NCBI GenBank assembly: GCA_008080735.1
Contig: SHMW01000030.1
Span: 1-10,089, forward strand
Length of the DNA stretch: 10,089 bases
Origin: Promethearchaeota archaeon
GTDB taxonomy: Archaea; Asgardarchaeota; Lokiarchaeia; Sigyniarchaeales; SOKP01
Direction: 5' to 3'
A program made the position numbers and the translations under genes. Position 1 is the stretch's first letter; every line of letters starts with the position of its first letter. This document shows positions 1 through 6,587 of this stretch, piece after piece. Under the pieces are notes generated by a model. It had not been told where the DNA came from. It made no database searches and saw only the letters and a list, made by a program, of their open reading frames with translations.

Positions 1-211
1 CTGTAATAATAGTTTCTAGGGCACCTATCGCGAGGAATACTAAAGCAAAGAAGAATGCGATAAATACAAATGACAAATATAAAGGTGACTTCACTTTTCT
101 CTCTCTCCATTTGGAGATCATCTTAATTGTGAGATAAATACCCGCGACGATTAATATTAAATAAATAACGAAAAGAGAATAAATTCCTTGATTTATTGGT
201 GTATAAGACAT
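1..211 (-). CDS. Hypothetical polytopic membrane protein, 5' part only (runs off the left edge)
   Basis: Not in the ORF track. Manual translation from ATG at 211 gives MSYTPINQGIYSLFVIYLILIVAGIYLTIKMISKWRERKVKSPLYLSFVFIAFFFALVFLAIGALETIIT..., open to the edge, with two hydrophobic helices separated by a basic loop. A TATA-like TTTATATT lies about 21 nt upstream. Confidence 0.8.
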   Translation of the reverse strand, partial: MSYTPINQGIYSLFVIYLILIVAGIYLTIKMISKWRERKVKSPLYLSFVFIAFFFALVFLAIGALETIIT

Positions 212-231
212 AAGATATATTTCATCGTCTA

Positions 232-250
232 AATATAAATATCTTCTTTC
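232..250 (-). promoter_or_regulatory. Putative archaeal BRE/TATA promoter for a leaderless transcript of the 211 ORF
   Basis: Minus strand reads GAAAGAAGATA-TTTATATT: a purine-rich run followed by a TATA-like box ending about 21 nt before the ATG, with no SD motif. Confidence 0.45.
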
Positions 251-278
251 TTAACTGCATAATAGTAGGGCGTATATT

Positions 279-300
279 AAAAAAGGAAAAAAAAAAGAAA
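279..300 (-). terminator. Oligo-T tract terminator downstream of the symporter
   Basis: aaaaaaggaaaaaaaaaagaaa on + is a long T-rich tract on -, about 20 nt after the symporter stop. Typical of archaeal intrinsic termination. Confidence 0.5.
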
Positions 301-319
301 TTATAATTAAATTTCGGCA

Positions 320-2041
320 TTAGTAGAGTCTATCTCGAGAAACTTCTGGACTGTCTTTTCCTGAGGGAATATTCAATTCTGTTTCAGGTAAGGCTTCTTC
401 TTCCTTCATGACCGAGAAAATCTCATTTAGAAATTCTTTTGGTGGAGCACCATCTTTATCCCTCCATGAAAAGATAACGAATAATACCAAACTGACTGGT
501 ATACATAATATGAATGGATGTGCTGCTTCTAGAGTAAAAGCTATGGGAGATGCGACACCAAATAATTCTAATCTCATCCATTCAATGGAAGCGATATTCC
601 CTAAAGCGTCGGGATAATTGCCAAACCAGAATGCATGTCCTCCTTGATAAAACAGGAAATAATGCAAAATTGAAATTGTTAATGCAATAAGACCACTATA
701 TACTGCTGCCTTCCCAGTTGCTTTTCTCCAAAAGAGTCCTAAAATATAGGGAACTAGAATTACTGATCCCATTGCAGCCCATGCAAACATGCAAATATCA
801 AGTATCGCGCCTAAACCATATATTAAGACAAATATTGAGCCAATAACACCAAATATCACGACTAGAGTAGATACAATTCTTGTTATTTTTAAGGTTTTAT
901 CATCAGAAGCGCCGGTACGTTCTTGATAGACATCAATAGAGTAGCTACTTGCTGCCATCAGAATGATTTTCTCACCCGTTGTCAATGAGGCGGCTGTAAT
1001 CGCTGCCATAACTACTCCCGCAAAAACAGGAGGTAATGTTGCTAACATTAAATAAGGTATAGATGTTCTGTCGCTGGCAGGAAAAAGTCCTGGAGATTCT
1101 ATTTGAAACAGTACTCTTGAGATGGACCCATTAAACCAAGCAAAGAACGCAACTGCGAATGCCCAAGTTGCTGAAATTACTAATCCCCATCGTAATGTCT
1201 TTTTTTCTTTAGCGGTATAAAATCTGGTAATCATTTGTGGTAATCCCCATACTCCGAAACTGGTAACGGCAACCATACCAATTACTGCTAAGCCTGAATT
1301 TCCTGGAAAAGTTGTTAATCCACCCGAATCTAATCCATACGTAGGGTCAGCCTCAATTGCTTGCAAACCCGAAATAAGACCTGGAAATCCTCCAATCGCG
1401 ATCATACCTGCTATAAAAATTACAACAATCCCAACTAAAACGATGATTGCTTCAACAGCATCAGTCAAAATTGCCCCATGACTCCCACCAAAATTCAAGT
1501 ATATAATCGTAATAATGCCAACAATTACAGTAGCGATAATGAAAGTTATTTCATAAGTTGCTGGAATGACCACCGCTAGTAATGTGGCCAAACCCATATA
1601 TATTGATATTACATATATAGTTTGAAAAATTAATTGTACGATGGCGGTAATTGTTTGTAAATTTTTTTCTTGATATCTCTTTCCGAGTAATTGTGGAACC
1701 GTTAAAGAATCAAAATGTTTACCCAAAGCTCTAGTTCTTTTTCCAAAAAATACAAAAGTCATAACAACTCCGACTAATGTATTTAACCCTGCAATCCAGA
1801 GAGTTGCAAGACCCCAATTCCATGAATATCTTCCTCCACCAACAACCATTACAGCGCTAAAATAAGTTACACCAAAAGAGATTCCGAGCAAAATTGGACC
1901 AATAGATCTCCCTGCGACCATAAAATCGCTGAGATTTTTTGTCTTTCGTTTCGCATAGTACCCTGCAATAGCTAGAAATATTAAATAAGCGCCAAATATA
2001 GCCCAAATCGAAAATAGAGATAATGCATCAATATCTGTCAT
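320..2041 (-). CDS. Sodium:solute symporter family (SSS/SLC5, PutP/PanF-like) transporter; substrate possibly an aryl acid or amino acid
   Basis: 573 aa with about 13-14 hydrophobic segments and SSS motifs DFMVAGRSIG, LTVPQLLGKRY, GGSHGAILTD, GLPQMITRFY, AASLTT and LGLFWRKATGKAA. SD-like AAGGAGAGG upstream. Substrate is inferred from context only. Confidence 0.92.
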   Translation of the reverse strand: MTDIDALSLFSIWAIFGAYLIFLAIAGYYAKRKTKNLSDFMVAGRSIGPILLGISFGVTYFSAVMVVGGGRYSWNWGLATLWIAGLNTLVGVVMTFVFFGKRTRALGKHFDSLTVPQLLGKRYQEKNLQTITAIVQLIFQTIYVISIYMGLATLLAVVIPATYEITFIIATVIVGIITIIYLNFGGSHGAILTDAVEAIIVLVGIVVIFIAGMIAIGGFPGLISGLQAIEADPTYGLDSGGLTTFPGNSGLAVIGMVAVTSFGVWGLPQMITRFYTAKEKKTLRWGLVISATWAFAVAFFAWFNGSISRVLFQIESPGLFPASDRTSIPYLMLATLPPVFAGVVMAAITAASLTTGEKIILMAASSYSIDVYQERTGASDDKTLKITRIVSTLVVIFGVIGSIFVLIYGLGAILDICMFAWAAMGSVILVPYILGLFWRKATGKAAVYSGLIALTISILHYFLFYQGGHAFWFGNYPDALGNIASIEWMRLELFGVASPIAFTLEAAHPFILCIPVSLVLFVIFSWRDKDGAPPKEFLNEIFSVMKEEEALPETELNIPSGKDSPEVSRDRLY

Positions 2042-2042
2042 T

Positions 2043-2147
2043 TTATTCTTTCCTCTCCTTGTTTATTTGGTATATAGTATATAATAAAGCAATCAAAACT
2101 CCACCGATACCTAGGCCAATTCCAAGCCAAATTGTCCAATCAAACAT
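2043..2147 (-). CDS. Small single-TM symporter accessory peptide (34 aa)
   Basis: Manual translation MFDWTIWLGIGLGIGGVLIALLYTIYQINKERKE*. One hydrophobic helix plus a charged tail. The stop lies 1 nt before the symporter ATG, and a GTGA motif sits upstream of its own ATG. Confidence 0.75.
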   Translation of the reverse strand: MFDWTIWLGIGLGIGGVLIALLYTIYQINKERKE

Positions 2148-2646
2148 TTTTTTCACTTTTTTTATTTTTTATTTATTGTTTTGATTTTTCCCATTTCATT
2201 CCCATTTAAAAGAATGAAAATTAAACTTACTTATCTATAAACCTATAAAAATGTTTCTTTTTTCTACCTTTTTTGTCGATATATTAACCTAATTTTCAAA
2301 AAAAGTATGATAGATAATTTCAAAAATATTTCCAAAAAAAAATTGGATAGGAAGATTTGATTAAGAAAGAGCGAGATTTTTAATAGAAAATCTGGTAAAA
2401 TATACAAAGAATCTGCGATATTTGATATATCCCACTCTTTTCCCATCAACGCTAAAATTGAGGCTGACCTATTCGGATGAGTAATACATAACTTTGATAA
2501 AATTTCGCAGAAAAAACGCTCTTGTTCTGGCGAAAATTTATCTATTTGAAGAAAAACAAAAAATTTTAATTAATGCATATGTTAATTAGTTTTAATTAAT
2601 GTAGTGAACTAACTAATGCTACTGAAAAAAACGAGTTGTATTTAAT
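2148..2646. promoter_or_regulatory. Divergent promoter region between the symporter operon and the paaK operon
   Basis: About 500 nt AT-rich gap between head-to-head genes. TATA-like TTTATAG occurs twice on - (about 2235-2250) and TTTTAATTAATG twice on + (2564-2575, 2590-2601). Confidence 0.6.
2496..2542. repeat. Imperfect inverted repeat/hairpin upstream of paaK
   Basis: GATAAAATTTCGCAGAA (2496-2512) pairs with TTCTGGCGAAAATTTATC (2525-2542) with one mismatch and one bulge. Confidence 0.6.
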
Positions 2647-3954
2647 ATGGTAAATTATTGGAATAAAGAAGCTGAAACACTCCCTCGCGATGAATTAGAT
2701 GCATTACAAGGAAAGAAATTGCAAAAGCTAGCAAAATATTGCTATGAAAACGTTGAATTTTACAAAAAAAAATTCAAAGAAATTGGTATAATTCCAGACG
2801 ATATTAAAGGAAAAGAAGATATCACCAAATTACCCCTTACTTACAAAGACGACTTACGGGATCATTATCCTTTCGGTCTGAACGCAGTTCCCATGGATCA
2901 AATAATCAGAATTCACGCATCTTCTGGAACAACTGGAAAACCAACGGTAGTTACCTATACCAAAAAGGATATTGATGATTGGACCGAATTAATGGCAAGA
3001 ACGGTTATGGCACCAGGTGTTACCCATAAGGACGTCATTCAGAACGCTTATGGATATGGATTGTTTACGGGTGGTTTAGGATTTCATTATGGTGCTGAAA
3101 AAATTGGCGCATCCGTTATTCCTATTTCTGGTGGCAATACTGAGCGACAATTAATGATAATGCAGGATTTTGGAAGTACTATAATGACTTGTACCCCCAG
3201 TTATGCTCTCTATATTGCGGAATATGCAAAACAAAATAACATAGACGTATCGAAATTAGCTCTCAAAAAGGGAATCTTCGGTGCAGAACCATGGTCGGAT
3301 AATCTCCGTAAAACTATCGAGGATGAGTTAGAAATCGATGCGTATGATATTTATGGACTTTCTGAAATTTATGGTCCTGGAGTATCTGTGGAATGTGAAG
3401 AAAAGAACGGAATGCATATATGGGAAGACTTTTTCATTGTAGAAACACTTGATCAAGAAACTCTTGAACCCGTGCCTCCCGGAGAAGAAGGAATTCTTGC
3501 CTTTACCACCTTAGAAAAAACTGGATTACCACTAATCCGATATATCACAAATGATATCTCGATTTTAAACCGCGAAACATGTACGTGTGGACGGACCCAC
3601 GTGCGGATGAAAAAAGTAACAGGTCGTGCTGATGATATGCTTATAGTGAGAGGTATCAACGTGTTTCCATCCCAAATTGAATCTGCTCTTATGCAGATCC
3701 CAGGAGTTGCGGGGTATTACCAGATTATCATCAATCGAGATATTATTGATTCACTCGAGGTTAAGGTAGAATTAACCGAGGAGACTTTCTCTGATGAAAT
3801 GAAAGTGCTTGAACAATTTAAAAACACGATCGAGGAAAAATTGTATAACATTCTACAAGTAAGAGCTGATGTGGATCTTGTACCCCCAGGTACACTTCCA
3901 CGAACCGAAGGGAAGGCCAAACACGTAATAGATAAGAGATCTAAAAATATTTAA
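2647..3954 (+). CDS. paaK: Phenylacetate-CoA ligase family AMP-forming aryl-CoA ligase
   Basis: 435 aa with [13 protein letters not shown]-loop, [67 protein letters not shown] and a C-terminal GKAK catalytic-Lys region. Confidence 0.95.
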   Translation: MVNYWNKEAETLPRDELDALQGKKLQKLAKYCYENVEFYKKKFKEIGIIPDDIKGKEDITKLPLTYKDDLRDHYPFGLNAVPMDQIIRIHASSGTTGKPTVVTYTKKDIDDWTELMARTVMAPGVTHKDVIQNAYGYGLFTGGLGFHYGAEKIGASVIPISGGNTERQLMIMQDFGSTIMTCTPSYALYIAEYAKQNNIDVSKLALKKGIFGAEPWSDNLRKTIEDELEIDAYDIYGLSEIYGPGVSVECEEKNGMHIWEDFFIVETLDQETLEPVPPGEEGILAFTTLEKTGLPLIRYITNDISILNRETCTCGRTHVRMKKVTGRADDMLIVRGINVFPSQIESALMQIPGVAGYYQIIINRDIIDSLEVKVELTEETFSDEMKVLEQFKNTIEEKLYNILQVRADVDLVPPGTLPRTEGKAKHVIDKRSKNI

Positions 3955-3966
3955 GTGATTAGTAAA

Positions 3967-4380
3967 ATGTTAAAGCAAATTAGCGTTTTTTTGGAAAACA
4001 CGCCAGGAATATTAAGTAAATTCACAAAAGTCCTTCAAGATAATGATATAAATATGCGGGCATTAACGGTTGCGGAAACTGCTGATTTTGGTATCTTACG
4101 GATGTTAGTTGATAAAAACGATAAATGTGTGAAAGTTCTTCGTGAGAACAATTATCTTGTATCCATTACAGATGTTATTGCTGTTGATATCCCAGATAAA
4201 CCCGGAGCACTTCATGAGATTGCAAGTATTTTAGGAGAAAATGATATTAATATTGAATACGTTTATAGCACACTTGTAAGGCAGGAAGCCATAATTGTGC
4301 TTAGGGTAGACAATATTGAGAAGGCAACCAAAATTTTAGAAAAAAATGGCGTAAAAGTAGTTAAATCTCAAGAATTTTAA
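3967..4380 (+). CDS. Double-ACT-domain amino-acid-binding protein (BT0572-like), copy 1
   Basis: KQISVFLENTPG...INMRALTVAETADFGILRMLV...AVDIPDKPGAL...INIEYVY, the classic PaaK-associated ACT protein. ATG 3967 is preferred over the track's GTG 3955, which looks like the SD motif. Confidence 0.92.
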   Translation: MLKQISVFLENTPGILSKFTKVLQDNDINMRALTVAETADFGILRMLVDKNDKCVKVLRENNYLVSITDVIAVDIPDKPGALHEIASILGENDINIEYVYSTLVRQEAIIVLRVDNIEKATKILEKNGVKVVKSQEF

Positions 4381-4395
4381 TTTCATCTTTTTTTT
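4381..4395 (+). terminator. Oligo-T terminator after the paaK-ACT1 unit
   Basis: tttcatctttttttt immediately follows the stop codon. Confidence 0.45.
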
Positions 4396-4517
4396 ATTAT
4401 ATATTAAAGTCCAACTTAACACAACAACTATTATATTAAATAAAACATAAAGTAAACTTGATAAATTTTTAGCATTTAACGTAAAATTAAAAAACCGATA
4501 TAGTCTAATACATAAAA

Positions 4518-4940
4518 ATGTTAACTCAGCTAAGTATCTATCTTAAAAACAGGCCCGGACAATTGGCTCGATTCGCAACCTTATTGGTGGAAAATGATAT
4601 AGAAATACGTGCCATAACTGTCGCTGAAAATGAAGAATATGGACTTATCCTACTTCTAGTGGATAAACCAGATAAATGTATTAAATTATTAGAGGAAAAA
4701 GATCATATCTATTCTATTACAAAAGTAATTGCCGTAAAAGTTCTCTCTGATGAAGGACACACCAAAGGCCTCTTAAAAATTTCTAAGGTATTAGGAGAAA
4801 ATAATGTAAATATTGAATATATGTATTCAACTTTGGTGAAAGATGAGTCTCTTCTAATTTTAAGAGTAAATGATAATGAGATGGCAATGGAAGTTCTAAA
4901 GGAAAATAATTTTTTGTTAGAAGAAAGAGAAAAGATTTAG
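4518..4940 (+). CDS. Double-ACT-domain protein, copy 2
   Basis: TQLSIYLKNRPGQL...IEIRAITVAENEEYGLILLLVDKPDK...LGENNVNIEYMYS, colinear with copy 1. Confidence 0.9.
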   Translation: MLTQLSIYLKNRPGQLARFATLLVENDIEIRAITVAENEEYGLILLLVDKPDKCIKLLEEKDHIYSITKVIAVKVLSDEGHTKGLLKISKVLGENNVNIEYMYSTLVKDESLLILRVNDNEMAMEVLKENNFLLEEREKI

Positions 4941-5042
4941 GAGCTTTGATTGTTTTATGATCTATATAAGTAATCTTTTTTAATATATTAAAACGATAAT
5001 ATTTACTTCAAAATTGAATATATAGAAGAGAGTGTTGTGAAA

Positions 5043-5465
5043 ATGAAATATGTGACAGAATTGAGTATATTCTTGCCAAATGAACCTGGAGAATTGGCAG
5101 AATTGTTGAAAGAATTATCTGAAAATGAAATAAACATCCGAGCAATTTCGGTTGTCGAGACAGCTGATTATGGATTAATTCTTTTGTTGGTAGATAAACC
5201 TCAGAAATGCATAGACTATTTAGAGCAAAATAGATATGAATTTACTTCAACTGAGGTAATTGCGATTGAATTTGGAAAGGATGCTTCCGATTTATTCAAC
5301 GTAGCGAATAGCCTCGGAAATAATAAAATTAATATCGATTATCTTTATCTGACCACCACCCCAAAGTATCATTCTGTAATTATCGTCAAAGTGGATGATC
5401 CAGATAAGGCTATTGATGTACTTCAAAAACAAAATTTTGAGTTGATTGAAGGAGAGGATTTATGA
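5043..5465 (+). CDS. Double-ACT-domain protein, copy 3
   Basis: TELSIFLPNEPGEL...INIRAISVVETADYGLILLLVDKP...INIDYLY, colinear with copies 1 and 2. Alternative GTG start at 5037. Confidence 0.9.
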   Translation: MKYVTELSIFLPNEPGELAELLKELSENEINIRAISVVETADYGLILLLVDKPQKCIDYLEQNRYEFTSTEVIAIEFGKDASDLFNVANSLGNNKINIDYLYLTTTPKYHSVIIVKVDDPDKAIDVLQKQNFELIEGEDL

Positions 5466-5620
5466 AAAAATTAATATATCCCTTATTCTCTCCTTGTTTA
5501 TAAACACTCCCTTATAAATGGAAGTAAAATGGAAATTTAACATTAATTTTTTTATTAACTATTCTTTCTGTAATTTAGTATTTGAGCACCTCAATTAGTT
5601 TAATATAATCTTGATTATCA

Positions 5621-6520
5621 ATGGCTTTAGATTTAGATGATAAAGGAAATTTAAGAGCAGCTGAACCAATAGAAGAAAAAGAGAACTATAATGCTCTTTG
5701 TGTGGGAATTGGGGGTACTGGTGTTATTCGAGCCTCAATGATCCTTGGCTGGGCAGCATTACAAGAGGGTTATAAAGTTCGTACCGCAGAAACGCATGGA
5801 ATGAGTCAGAGAGGGGGTTCTGTATCCTCCTATCTTCGGTTTGGCAAGACCCTTGAAGGACCTTTCATGGTGGAAGGAGATTTAGATGTATTGATTGCGT
5901 TTGAAATTTCTGAAGCGTTAAGAAATCTAAACTTTGCCAATAAAGATACATTAATGATAGTCTCAAAAAATGCAGTAATCCCCCCATCGGTTTTGACTCA
6001 TAAAACGCTTAAAATAGATATGACAAAATGCATCGGATGCGGGAATTGCGTTGCACATTGTATTCCAAATCACGTATTTTTTGAATCCCAACAAACACAT
6101 TATTTTACATTGCTAAAAGGTCCTACCCGCAAAGTGATCAACGGCCATACCCGTGTTTTAGAATCGTGTACTGGATGTGCCCAATGTATAATTGATAAAG
6201 TATGTCCTTTTGATGCAATTAAGGCATATAATGAATGGGAATATCCTGAAGTAAAAGCTATGGAGAAAGATATCAAATCAACTTCTCAAAATGTACTCAT
6301 TTTAGATGCTAATAAAATTGCTATAGAGGCGGGAAATATTTTAACTGCGAATGTGGTCTTACTCGGCGTATTAGCGGGTATTAATCGGATTCCGTTGAGT
6401 GTAGAAACTCTTAACAAAACAGTAAAAATGTTCGTTCCTAAAAAAGCTATTGATGTCAATGAAAGAGCATTTAAGGAGGGTTTAAAGATTGGTAAAAACT
6501 TCAAGGAAAAGATATTATGA
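5621..6520 (+). CDS. iorB: Indolepyruvate:ferredoxin oxidoreductase beta subunit with an internal ferredoxin-like domain
   Basis: GIGGTGVI, AETHGMSQRGGSVSSYLRFG, DVLIAFEISEALR, EAGNILTANVVLLG and NERAFKEG are IorB/POR-gamma motifs. Extra segment contains CIGCGNCVAHC and CTGCAQCIIDKVCP. Confidence 0.92.
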   Translation: MALDLDDKGNLRAAEPIEEKENYNALCVGIGGTGVIRASMILGWAALQEGYKVRTAETHGMSQRGGSVSSYLRFGKTLEGPFMVEGDLDVLIAFEISEALRNLNFANKDTLMIVSKNAVIPPSVLTHKTLKIDMTKCIGCGNCVAHCIPNHVFFESQQTHYFTLLKGPTRKVINGHTRVLESCTGCAQCIIDKVCPFDAIKAYNEWEYPEVKAMEKDIKSTSQNVLILDANKIAIEAGNILTANVVLLGVLAGINRIPLSVETLNKTVKMFVPKKAIDVNERAFKEGLKIGKNFKEKIL

Positions 6521-6587
6521 GTTCCCGAAATTCTATTTATAGAGTTATATAATTTAATATTACAATTCGAAATTATTTCAAAAAATA

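Noticed and set aside
408-617. 69-aa + strand ORF
   Set aside because: Antisense shadow inside the symporter gene with no recognisable features.
2264-2449. 61-aa - strand ORF in the divergent intergenic region
   Set aside because: Low-complexity F/L/I/K composition expected from AT-rich promoter DNA, with no SD and no motif.
3453-3920. Two - strand ORFs (68 and 67 aa)
   Set aside because: Antisense to the well-supported paaK.
5463-6520. TGA stops of ACT3 and iorB as possible selenocysteine or read-through into an iorB-iorA fusion
   Set aside because: ACT3 read-through meets TAA within three codons, iorA is in a different frame from iorB, both proteins look complete at the TGA, and no SECIS was recognised.
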